Positions 12,090 through 23,299 of a stretch of 64,000 nucleotides of DNA are shown one piece after another. Both the position numbers and the translations under genes were made by a program. Source of the stretch: Anthoceros angustus (lineage: Eukaryota; Plantae; Anthocerotophyta); NCBI GenBank assembly GCA_010909165.1, contig MU008159.1, positions 2,356,001 through 2,420,000 on the forward strand. The letters run 5' to 3'. The notes beneath the pieces were generated by a model that searched no databases, was not told the DNA's origin, and worked only from the letters and a program-made list of their open reading frames with translations. Within the stretch, counting starts at the first letter, position 1. Every line of letters starts with the position of its first letter.

Positions 12090-12375
12090 CACACGTACTT
12101 AGGCTTGAACTTCCTCTCCTTCTGAATGTTCTCCAAGTGGTAGAAGATACTTCCATCAAAAACCCCACGAACGGCGTCTTCCGTTACAAAACCGTCTGAA
12201 TCCTTCACCGAAGCACGAACACACAAACAATGCCCATGACCAGCCTTCATCAACTTGGCAACACCGTAGTACTCTCCTTGTTTGATCCGTGAAGTCCTCA
12301 CATATGTACTTGGAAGCATAAGAGGCTTTTCCATTCTTGATCCGCACTATATGAATCATTGCACTAGCCACTTAT
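12090..12375 (-). pseudogene. CCD1-like: Carotenoid cleavage dioxygenase (CCD1-like) exon fragment(s)
   Basis: Joining ORFs 12156-12371 and 12089-12334 gives [37 protein letters not shown]. This matches the conserved CCD1 segment GMIH.VRIKDGKA.YVSRYV.TSRLKQEE.FG.AKFMK. Confidence 0.8.
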
Positions 12376-12899
12376 CATACGAATGAGAGGAGAACGGCCG
12401 CAGCGACTCGTGACCCGCAGACCCTTGAGGTTGTCACGTTATGGGCAGGTAACCACGACAAGTACATGCGCGGGTGGAGGCTACGGCGAAGGCTAGAGTG
12501 CACACGCATGCAAGACTCAAGCGATTCTGGGTAGTGAAAGGCGTCCTCGCCGCCATTTTTGACGCTTCTCCGACCGTGAGAGAAGGCCATTCTCTCGACC
12601 GACTTCCGTAGCTGCACATTGCGCTGTGCATCCCGCTCTGGGCGCCTCTTCCGACCCCCAAGCGCACCTACGAGCGGTCATCGCCTCCAAACTAAGCGCT
12701 CATCAGCGTGAACTTAGCGGAAGTATTCGCCCACCACCTCCTGACATACCATGGTGCTGGGACCCAAGAAGGCGGCGGAGGTGCAGGAGCCTGACGCCTA
12801 GTGGAAAAAACATTGTCACCAGCGCTACTAGATTTCGGACCGGCCAAGGAGGTAGAAGAGTCGCGAATAGCACTGTACATCTTCGTGTGTGGACCTGCC

Positions 12900-13540
12900 A
12901 GCGGACGCTGGTCCGGAGTACGCCAAGATCTTGGCGATGGCCAACAAAAGCTGCCCAAGAGCGTGAGGAAGACCGAGGATGGACCGTGGAGGTCTGAGGG
13001 CTGGCCTACAAGCCTGAGGAGATCGGGGGCGTAGTTCCGGAGCCCCTTAAGATGAAAGGGAAGGTGGAGGCGGCGAAGGCGGCACTCCTGAGGCCGGGGA
13101 CGCAGCGGTCCTCCAACGGGTGGTTGATGTCGGACCTGCTGGACCGACGGGTGAAAGTGGTGGCGAAGATCATCGTTCACTGGAACATGCTCACCAAGGT
13201 GGACCACCTTGGTGACAATCTGCTTGTGGTCATCCACGCCCTGCAGAGAGGAAAGAGAGTGGACTGGGGGCGGATCATCTTCACCCGTGTTACCCAGGAG
13301 GCCAGGAAATTGCGAAACGAGCGGCCGCCCCCATCGGCGCTGTCCCCATTTATCGTCCACGTGTGGGGACACCTTAACCTCCTGAAAGAAGGAGAAGAGG
13401 AGCGAGCGCTCCGGAAGGGGCTGGTGACCCTGCCCGAGACGGAGCGAGAGGGAAGAGCACAGGAGCCAGAGGGTCGCCCACCCAAGCCTGTGGGCTGGAG
13501 GGACGAGCGCCACGCTTCCATACCACCAAGAATTTGATTC
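12900..13540 (+). mobile_element. Ty3/gypsy accessory-ORF relic (Athila/Tat-type extra ORF); partial duplicate at 14846-15000
   Basis: ORF 13052-13537 (VDWGRIIFTRVTQEARKL...LSPFIVHVWGHLNLL) is similar to the post-integrase ORF at 35367-35567 (DWGTIMYEAY...YLSTYLVHLWEKGLL). Confidence 0.55.
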
Positions 13541-16217
13541 TTCAATGCGGCTTTTGACAATTGTTACATGAAGACGAGATCGAATCATTCTCATCCCGTC
13601 GAACTCGTGCATCAAAACGTATTTTAGCGATCCGCGAATGTCTGCATGTGGTGCACCTCACAATAAAGGTCACCTGCGACCTCCCAAAAACATATCACGG
13701 ATATGTGACGGCTAAACAACAAGCAAGAAGCACTAGCACATTGTAAATGAAGTGGACCGTAAACCACACCATTAATAGTTGCCGAAAGGTTCAAACTTGG
13801 GATCTCGTGAAATTTTCCGTCAGAGCCTGCAAGAAACCACGCAATGCAATGTCATCCCATCAAGAAAGCATCGGAAGAAATCTCCAGATCCGAGGCCCAC
13901 TTGTACTGGCCGATGATTGCTTCATAAACATTCGATCATGTCAAAGGTTTCTCAAGGGAAATCGGTAGAAGTCTACCATAGTTGCTTTCACTTTGGTTAT
14001 TCCCGAGGATTTGTTGACTCAAGTTGCGGTCCTTTGGGGTCATTGCGTTTCCCTTTCTTCCAACCTTATATAGTGCTGCCATGATCCCTCTCTATGTGTT
14101 CAAACATTTCAGGAGAGTTCAAGCAAGTGAGCTTGCAACAAGCTATTGCTGTGGGATTCAAAGCTATGCACATTTTTGATCGTGACAAGGTAGTGCTAGA
14201 GATCGAAAGGCGAGGAGGAAGCACTGGGATCATCAGACCACCATGATAATGCCTCGTCACATCCGCTCCAAAGCTCTGATTACGTGAAGGCGATGATGAA
14301 ATTGCAAGAGGAGAAGGATTTGGAGAAAATGAGGAAGGAGGACTGGTACCTTGTACACGCAGATCAACAAGCGATGCGCATACAACCTCCGCCCTATGTT
14401 GGTTGCAATTGCAAGCACACGCTTGAACATAGGTAGTAAGGAGGTTAATATATGCACCATGGGGGTTTTCCGCTTTTTTATTCGCAATGAGGGTTTCCAA
14501 TGGGTCTCCATTTAGGGTTTTGAATCGTGTGGTCCAAAATGCCTCAAAATAGGGTGTTCATCTGCGTGCACACAAATTTCGTGTATCGATGTAGGAGGCA
14601 AAGGGTTTTGATAACCCCTCATACATCCATTTGGCTCCATTTCGGACCCGGATGGGACGACCGCTTGTGTGTGATGATGAAGACCGATGAGCAAAACCAG
14701 CAACTCGAAAAACATGGTGCGGTCCTTTTCCATTAAGTACAACTCTCGCCGTAGTACAATGGTCGAGGGTCAATGTCGGGCCCTCTCGGAAAACACAACG
14801 TTGTCGCTGGCGCCGCCGACCGCGCCTTCTTCACTCCTCGTCCATGGACACCTTAACCTCTGAAAGAAGGAGAAAGGCGGCGCTCGGAAGAGTGATGCAG
14901 GAGCGGGCGAGAGGAAAACAGAGCAGTGGCCCACCCAAGCCTGTGTGGGCTCGGGAGAAGCGCCTGCGCTTCCATACCACAATGTCGAATTTGATTCTTC
15001 AATGCGGCTTGACAATTGTTACATGAAGACGAGATCGAATCATTCTCATCCCGTCGAACTGCATCAACGAAGCGCGGCTTAGCGATCCGCGATATGTCTG
15101 CAGGTGCACCTCACAATAAAGGTCACCGTACCTCCGTCAAAAACATATCACGGATATGTGTGACGAAACAACAAGCAAGAAGCTAGCACATTGTAAATGA
15201 AGTGGACCGTAAACCACACCATTAATAGTTGCCGAAAGGTTCAAACTTGGGATCTCGTGAAATTTTCCGTTCAGCGATCCGCAAGAAACCACGCAACTTA
15301 AATATCCCATCGATAAAGCATCGGAAGAAATCTCACCATCCTAGGCCCACTTGTACTGGCCGATGATTGCTTCATAAACATTCGATCATGTCAAAGGTTT
15401 CCGTCAAGGGAAATCGGTGAAGTCTACCATAGTTGCTTTCACTTTGGTTGTCCCGAGGATTTGTTGACTCAAGTTGCGGTCCTTTGGGGTCATTGCGTTT
15501 CCCTTTCTTCCAACCTTATATAGTGCCATGATCCCTCTCTGTGTTCAAACATTTCAGGAGAGTTCAAGCAAGTGAGCTTGCAACAAGCTATTGCTGTGGG
15601 ATTCAAAGCTATGCACATTTTTGATCGTGACAAGGTAGTGCTAGAGATCGAAGGCGGAGGAGGAAGCACAGGGATCATCAGACCACCATGATAATGCCTC
15701 GTCACATCCGCTCCAAAGCTCGGATTACGTGAAGGCGATGATGAAATTGCAAGAGGAGAAGGATTTGGAGAAAATGAGGAAGGAGGACTGGTACCTTGTA
15801 CATTGCAGATCAACAAGCGATGCGCATACAACCTCCGCCCTATGTTGGTTGCAATTGCAAGCACACGCTTGAACATGGTATACGTAAGGAGGTTAATATA
15901 TGCACCATGGGGGTTTTCTGCCTTTTATTGTTATTGATGAGGGTTTCCAATGGGTCTCCATTTAGGGTTTTGAATCGTGTGGTCAAAAATGCCTCAATAG
16001 GGTGTTCATCACCCGTGCACACAAATTTCGTGTATCGATGTAGGAGGCAAAGGGTTTTGATAACCCCTCATACATCCATTTCGGACCCGGATGGGACGAC
16101 CGTTTGTCGGTGATGATGAAGACCGATGAGCAAAACCAGCAACTTCGTAAAAAACATGGTGCGCGGTCAATGTCGCCGCTCGGCCGGCGCCCTGTTTCAC
16201 TCTCGTCCATGGACACC
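13367..16217. repeat. Tandem duplication 13367-14845 / 14846-16217
   Basis: Junction microhomology ggacacc at 13367, 14846 and 16211. It duplicates the lipase 5' part and the left end of the Sola-like element (TIR copy at 14426). Confidence 0.9.
15200..15871 (+). pseudogene. 5' part of the interrupted lipase-locus gene; duplicate at 13750-14425
   Basis: Colinear with 53200-53850 up to ...gcttg, where the TIR element starts. Confidence 0.85.
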
Positions 16218-16649
16218 CTTGGCCGTGTGTAATTGTGGCCCCATTGTACACGGAAGAGAAATAGTGTTCCCCACTTGCCGGGTGAACCGTAACATGCAAA
16301 GAAGTCATACATCGAGACAGCCGTTGAGGATCGCCTATGGACATACAAACAACGTTATGGTTTGGTTAACGCTTCGTCTGCAATGCGTCTTGCACATGAA
16401 CACCATCTTCTGTCGATGTCTGGTCGTATGGATTTGTCGCTATGCTTAGGAAGGCTGGTTTCCACGCTGGTCTTTGTAACTGCATAATAATGACAAAACT
16501 TGGTGGAAGACAACGGTTTTCTGGTTAAGTGCGGGCTGGGAAAAATAGCCTTCCACAGACAATAACAGAATTTGGAGAATCTATTGAAACTTATTGAGAG
16601 GAAGGGAAGAAAAAACGTGTCCACATAAGACAAAACATCTTGGCACAGA

Positions 16650-17520
16650 TGTTCATGAACTCTCGTCTTACTCATCATCGCAAGGCTCGCATCACCACCA
16701 CTATCTTCACTATCTTGGGCCACTTTGGCTAGGTCAGATGAAGCCGCAATTCATTTAATTTTAGTCCGATCGCCTTCTTGTCCACAGATATAAATGTTTG
16801 CGAGCATTCAAGTTGAAACCATAATATATGATCACGTTTTGTTCACAAAAACCTTTTATGCGTTTTGTGCAAATTAGCTTTCCTCCTTTTTCCCCGATCA
16901 CACCGGGTCCCTTCATGTCGGATTATAAATTCTTCAACATACCTTCCTTCATACGCATCCGTGTGCTCGGTCATGTACCAATGAGCGACAAAGTGAGGAT
17001 CCGTGCATCTAAGTGAACATCAATGACCCCGCCAATCCAAAACGCGGCTCGCTCTGGTGGTGGGACCGCAATGAACATGTCTTTCCTTATTTCCAAATGT
17101 CACCATTCAACTGCGCAGCTTTCTTGTTGTCTAACAACGGTTTGATATGCACCAAGGTACATATCCTGGGGAAGGTCCCGAGTAAAGCCTCCTCTAGCAA
17201 CGCCTCATCACGTGAAGAACCTTGTTTCTTCAACTTCATCGCGAAACCACTTCCATGCGTCTTGGAGTGCGAGCCCTATATTATTCTCCACAATAACAGC
17301 GATCTCCTCTTGGTCCACCCAAAATTCTTCCCACCATTTATATTCCTTTGCAGTGACATATGGTCTAAGCGCCGAGAGGCCCTCCTTCAAGTGAGCCACA
17401 CCCTCGGTTGGGGATAACCCTGACGATGTGCCTTTCTTATCACGGGCACGAAGGGATGTCAGCCGTGTGGCGGTTACGTCGCTGGATGGGACAAACTTCA
17501 AAAACTCCAAACCGGCTTCC
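16650..17520 (-). pseudogene. C-terminal half of the Sola-like transposase (catalytic core absent)
   Basis: ORF 17208-17657 (LEFLKFVPS...LRARDKKG...VAHLKEGLSALRPYVTAKEYKWWEEFWVDQEEIAVIVENNIGL) is closely similar to ORF 40142-40405. Confidence 0.85.
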
Positions 17521-17729
17521 GTTTCCCATTGTGGCGATGTCGAATATTGTTTGCTTCTAATGACTGTCACAAGGGTGGAAAGAGGGGGAGCTGGAGTGGA
17601 GAAGTCACAGAAGCCCCAGAAGCAGCCTGTGCCAGCGCCGATTCCTTCGCCCTTCACCTACGAGGAGACTGTGATCATTCCAATGCTCGGATGGATCCTC
17701 GCTAATGTTCTTGAGAAAGATTGGATGGT

Positions 17730-20700
17730 GACACAGAGGTGAGCCGAGGATGAGAACGCTCGACTCCACTATTGAAATTGTGGATCATGGGTTTGTGAGC
17801 ATTGCCTAACCAAAGAGCGAGGCTGATGGGTAGTATGGGCGCCCCGGACATGGACGAAGAACCTTGTTCACGTTGTTTTGCACAACAAGGCCTCGTGGAG
17901 TTTGACGCAGTTGATTCAAGACCTCAAATGTATAGGGCGTATGAGCTCGGCGTCCTTGGGTTTCATGCTAAGAAATGTGGTCCTCCCGAGCTTGTCGAGG
18001 TATTTCGAAGCAATGCAGAACCGAGTGTAAGATATGCCATGACATGTAAATTTTGTTTTGTTCGTGTCACCGCGATGTGCTTCTCCTCCGATTTGCATCA
18101 TGTTTGCCGCAGCCACCCTGTAGGAAGAGCTCTTATCGACTGCTGTGTGGAAAGGTGTTTGAGATCTGTGGCACAGCAGTATTGTCTATGAGGAGAGCGA
18201 GAGAGCACCGAGGAATGAGGATGATGGAGATAGCCTGCATCAGATGCGATAGTGAATCGGGACCATCCGACGAGGATGATGGCCCGATCCCGTATGTGCT
18301 GGGTCATTCAGATGGAGAAGGGTCAGACCAAGACGAGGATAGGGATGCAGGACATCATGAACTTTGACCTTGTTCCACCGTCCGCATCGATGCGATGACA
18401 TCGCGCCGCCGGCCCCGACTGGCGGATGGGGAAGACTCGATGACCAAACCCAAACCGTTTGGGCCTGCTGGGGAGATGGACTAGGCCGGGCCGCCTCGGC
18501 GCCCACGCACTCGCCAAGAAGGAGGGAGATCGCCGCCGGGCCTGTGGCGGAAGAGGAGCCAGGCGATGTGGTGGAGCGAGGTGGAAACGAAGAGAGCACT
18601 ACGGATGTCTCGCCGCCATGGACGGACGAGCGATGATGTGCAGTAGTGGGAAGAAGAAGTCAAGAGAGATGAAGGGGGGGGACCATCCGGAAAATTGCCA
18701 CTGCTCATGTTCGCATGCATTTAGGAAAGGCCGGAGGATGCTATCCGAGATGCACTTTGACACGAATTCGGGACTCTTACTCCAAGAAGGTGGTTCGTGC
18801 AGATGTGAAGCCGAGAATTTGAAACCAAAGATCCCATATTACACCGTATGCGCAGATAGGAGAGTGGACGAGGCATGGGCAAATTATTTGGCTCGTGTAA
18901 TATCAAGGGAAGGATTGAGGAGGGCGGTTCCTCTCCTTTGCATGATCGACCGACGAGTGTGACAACCTCGAAGTTGGACCGGAAAGGTTCGTGTAAGAAA
19001 TATGTTATGGGCGTTCTTGGTGGAACCATATTTGCACCATGAAACATTTGGCGATATATCTCGGGGAAAACACGCCCAATATGTGGAAGCTCATCATGTA
19101 CACGGCGAAATGCAGCATCGCAATGTACTACAATACGATGTCGATAAAAGGAAGAAGATGTCCTTCATTGAGGTGTCGTACTTGAGGGACGAACTACTTA
19201 TTGCCAAGATGATGTCCAGATGACCATGAATTGGAAATTCAACCTATACCGTGTATTGGGCTTGATTGAGGACGACGGAGGTGGAAGACGATGTTTACAA
19301 GCGTAATAAGGTGGACAATCGGACCCACATCTTATGCATTGCGAAACAGAGGGAAGGTTTGGGACAACGTGGATCGAATATTTTCAAAATGGGAGGCTGA
19401 GAATTGCCGAGTAGAAAACATGTTCCCGAACAAGTAAGAAGGGCAAAGGCAAAAGGAAGGCAAGAGGAGGCTCGTTGTTGACAACGTGAAGTCAAGGATA
19501 TGCTAGCAAAGCCGTGGAAATCGCTCCAAGGATTCCACTGAGAGTGCACGGATACTCATCACGAGAAGGTGTTGATGTATTATCGACCTAAAAGGTATGG
19601 ATGAGGAGATTACCTTACTAAGAAGTTTCATGTTATACAAGTGGCTATGGTAAAACACTTGGGCTGCTCATCATTCAAGAGGTTAGGCTGGAATATCCTT
19701 TGCATTCGATCGAAAATGATAGCTCGGTTCCCAGACGGCATTCACTGGAAGGTGTGCCATACTACCCATCGCTTTCTAATTCTCTCATCGTCACGTTTCA
19801 AACCCTAACGTTCTTGCAGGCGCTGGCCGAGGCCACTTCCACATGTGATGTGGGGACCGGATTGTTCAGGCCACCCGGCTCAGATCCACTCCATAGAACT
19901 CAGGCTTGAGGCGCCGGCCGGCCGCGCCTCACCATGCCTTGAGATCTACGGGTGCATAATGTTTCAGCATGATATGCACTTATCGCTTTTGCCCTGCAAA
20001 GAATTGAAGGATATAGACAACTTGCGTAAAATGCCGAGGACTTTAAGAATTTCATTTGAGATCAATAATTGGAAGAGTTTGGAAGGCGGTACATGGCGGT
20101 CTGATCTTCATGAAGGGCTGCACATTTTACTGCTCCTGTGGATCGAAGGAGGTTCATTACCAAGTGGAGAAGCGAGATATTTTGAGATGCGGGGCTACCT
20201 TGGTGAGGAGGTACACTCATTAGTCATGGATGTGCCCAGAGGCTTTGATATTGGGCCTATGGACAAACGGATGGATGCCACTATGTTGAGTATAGTCAGG
20301 CCATGAGAAAACTACAAGCGAAGACTTCCGCATGATTGTCATGCATGGAGTGGAGGAAGCCCACACAGAGAATCGGCGCGCAGTGGTGTAAGAAGGGTGG
20401 CCCGTGTCTTCGTGGGATAAAACTAACATGAGCAATGATAGCGGATTTGAAACGGGAGTATGTGACCGCTTGATGGGGCTTGAAGATGGGTGTTCAAAGA
20501 TCGAGCTCGATGATGCCGAATGCCATGCATGGCACTTTAACAATGGGAGGTCCGTCAGGACCATGACATGGTAAAGAAGGTGTACTTGTCCCATGACAAG
20601 TTGGTGGTATGCCCATACCAAAGGCCTCTGATGATGAAATTGATCAAGACCTTCTCAAAAGAAGGAGATCGGGTGGTGGACGATGCTCGGTGGCAACGGT

Positions 20701-21110
20701 ATTAGCCTTGCTGGAAGAAATACGCCATCGGCACTTACGGTGTCTGGATACATCCCAACGCATCCACACACGAGGTTCTCCTGAAGAAGAGCTTACCTTC
20801 GAGCCCCATCGCAAAGGCCCTTCGCAGCCTGGGCAAAGGAGGTTTGTATAAGTGAAAAGGATTGTTCAAAGGCCCAAGTTGTTTCTTTGAGTGCCGGAGG
20901 ATGAAGACCAACGGCTAATTGTTGGAGGAAGGACAAAGCTGGATACCATATGGCAACCTCCCACGCCAAGCGCGGAGGTGAACAACGATGACAACGCTTT
21001 GGGTGAGAATGACAGTTTTGACGAAGAAGAACTGGAGCGTATGCGAAACCTAACTGTAGTTTTAGATTCCGCTTCTGTTCAGGGCCCATTTGAGACCCAA
21101 AATAGCCCGC
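17730..21110 (+). pseudogene. Cargo gene copy 1: Cys-rich region, ParB/Srx-like domain and N4C/N6A DNA methyltransferase-like domain (frameshifted)
   Basis: RVDEAWANYLARVISREGLRR.VPLLCMID (about 18860-18950), VLGG.H (about 19015), MDVPRGFDIGPMDKR (20226-20270) and PYQRP...IKTFSKEGDRVVD (about 20610-20685). Colinear with 41880-45430. Confidence 0.75.
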
Positions 21111-21424
21111 ATGAGTAACCGGATCCAATGTATTAGGATTCCAGACATAAACTTCATTATGCCATGTGTCTATCGGTGCCATTTTGCGAAGTGCACATTT
21201 AAAAACGTCCCTCTTCCACTTCATGAGCATCCAGCGCCAGCTGCGCCGCAGACCGTTGTCTCACTGTGTATGCCTCAATTGTGTTGTTCATGACTTAGTG
21301 GGCCAAGAATGGTCCATTGTCGAGATCGTGATGGCTTTATGTGATTTAGATAATGAGTGATTTTCGCCAAAGGTTGCAACAAAAGAGGGTTCGTATATTA
21401 ACCTCCTTACAGAATTACCATGTT

Positions 21425-21560
21425 CTTGCCAAGATGATGATATTGAACATCTAAGCCCATGGACATGGCTGACTGACTCAGAGTTTTGTTGTGGGTAGGT
21501 TTCCAGAGGCTCAAGAAGACGTAGAGGTGTGACAAGTGATGGCTCTGACGGTGAATGCCG
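21425..21560 (+). pseudogene. Middle piece of the lipase gene, between the two insertions
   Basis: Matches 53850-53982 (gccaagatgatgatattgaacatctaagccc...tgccg). Confidence 0.9.
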
Positions 21561-21764
21561 TGTTAAAACGAATAGCATGCTAGCCCTTAGGGCTCGTTTG
21601 GATTTTAAGTAATAGGACCCGAAAGGGTATTCAGCAAAACGTCATGAACATGCGGTTACGTTTTAGCATAACGTTACAGCCTCATGCTCATACAACATTC
21701 TGTAGAGCATGAACTTCTAATCTACTCGCCACTATGATTTTGTCTCGGTCCATCCAGCGCAGCA
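21561..21764 (+). repeat. copia 5' LTR
   Basis: tgttaaaacgaatagc...cgcagca (TG...CA), homologous to 47372-47578. Confidence 0.92.
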
Positions 21765-21778
21765 TGGTATCCGAAAGC
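21765..21778 (+). promoter_or_regulatory. Primer binding site (tRNA-iMet-like, imperfect)
   Basis: tggtatccgaaagc directly follows the LTR; the canonical form is tggtatcagagc. Confidence 0.7.
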
Positions 21779-22043
21779 GACTGCCACACAATCATCCAGC
21801 CAAATCATAAAGCCACATCTGCCATATCTCCATGCCAGGAGACAGAAGGCGTCAGTGCCTTGAAAGAAGAGCACGGTGACAAGCCGAACACCTAGAAAAT
21901 CTAAGATCCTGCAGAGAGCAGCGAAATCTAAAAGAAGTAAGGCAGAATTTATGGCATTATGGCTGGAACATTACCTGCAGCGTCCTATTGCTGATTGGAG
22001 AAGAACTTTCCCTCAGGGGATACGTGGACGCAAGTGAATATGA

Positions 22044-22370
22044 TTGGGCTTACCTTCAAGTGGAATTCCTCTTCCACCAATCATGAAGAAGGAATTTAGC
22101 ACCACACTGGACATCATTGCCCCCATTTCTCTACCAGATGTCAGAGAGAAGATCACCTCCTGTCTTGGATACCTAAGCCGCCAGCACGGCCTCTTTAGAC
22201 TTCCATCTGCACAAGAAATTGCAGATCTCCACAATTCCATGATAGATAAACTAATCAAATTAGACCAACCATACGCACACATCAAATTTCCCCAATGGAC
22301 ATACAGGATTCTCATCACTATGCAACTAGAAATTACCAGCATAATCAGAAACACTATGTTCAGTGTTTAA
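22044..22370 (+). CDS. Unassigned 108-aa ORF in the copia leader, upstream of gag
   Basis: Open frame from the ORF track; no recognisable motif. Confidence 0.25.
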   Translation: MGLPSSGIPLPPIMKKEFSTTLDIIAPISLPDVREKITSCLGYLSRQHGLFRLPSAQEIADLHNSMIDKLIKLDQPYAHIKFPQWTYRILITMQLEITSIIRNTMFSV

Positions 22371-22406
22371 ACACCTACACAAAACATAAACCAAAAACAA
22401 GACAAA

Positions 22407-22604
22407 ATGAGCTCCTCCATCAGCCTCTCCAAAGAAGACCGCTTCGATGGTCAGCGGCATAATTTTGCTGTATGGAAATTCAGAATTACCGATATATTGA
22501 AGGAACGTAAATTATGGGCCTACGTCGGGGACATTGGAAGCCCACCTTGGCCACACACACCTGGCCGAACATGTGAGCGTAAAAGGAGGCATGGGAAGAC
22601 AAGA
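22407..22604 (+). pseudogene. gag: copia gag N-terminus, cut off by the CACTA insertion
   Basis: RFDGQRHNFAVWKFRITDILKERKLWAYV is a typical copia gag start. Confidence 0.85.
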
Positions 22605-22900
22605 CACTACTACGAAAGAGAACATGTTAAGATGTGGTAAATAGGACGCGGGCAGGTTCATCTTAGCCTCGTATTTCGGTTATGACGACAACCAAAGTAT
22701 AAGACGGAGACGGGCACCCACTTCCAACCATCTTATTTTTTGAAAGACGTCAACGGGTCCCATCTTTCATGCCGTCTTAATCTCCGCTCCTCGCTTGTCA
22801 CTCGCGCGGGTGCCGTTGCAAATACGGGTTGGCAGGAGTTTTGCCCGTTGATGGTCCAACGGAAACCTGAATAAGAACGGGCCCATTGGACCGTTGCGTG
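22605..22900 (+). mobile_element. CACTA (En/Spm) left terminus
   Basis: cactactacgaaagag starts at 22605, exactly where the gag frame loses similarity, and a CACTA transposase follows. Confidence 0.8.
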
Positions 22901-23299
22901 CAACGGGCCTATCTTTGGCTTAAGGCCGAGGACACACCATCCCGTCGGATGGTGTGTCCTCGGCCAACTCTCTACGCTGCGAGCACCTCTTTCGAACCGC
23001 AAAGTGTGGTTGGGGCTTGGGTTTCGTCTGGAAACCTCCATTGGCAACCGCACAACATGGATGGGCCCCGCTCAAACCGCGAGATTGGAGACATAGCTTG
23101 TCCCTGCCCTGATTGTGCGCCCGCCAACAAACAAATTCGGGCAGATATTTCGCGGCGATATGTCCGCGCTTGGTTGCGCATACAAAATGCGGTGAGCGCC
23201 CACTGCCTACAGTCCACTTTGACGGGTGTGCCATGGATTTGTATTTGCATCTAATCCGTCCTTCGGTGCAGAGGAATCGTCGCCAAATTGATGCTTTGC

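Larger units (their letters stand above)
15872..21424. mobile_element. Sola-like DNA transposon 1 (non-autonomous derivative), 5553 bp, about 30 bp TIRs, 4-bp TSD CTTG
   Basis: Left end aacatggtatacgtaaggaggttaatata; right end tatattaacctccttacagaattaccatgtt. cttg lies at 15868-15871 and 21425-21428, and the empty site aagcttgccaag is near 53847. The interior is homologous to the transposase and cargo gene at 38.4-45.4 kb. Confidence 0.85.

Noticed and set aside
12692-13615. 307-aa minus-strand ORF, and similar long ORFs at 34786-35427 and 54342-55046
   Set aside because: These are antisense or alternate-frame shadows of GC-rich coding relics with no motifs.
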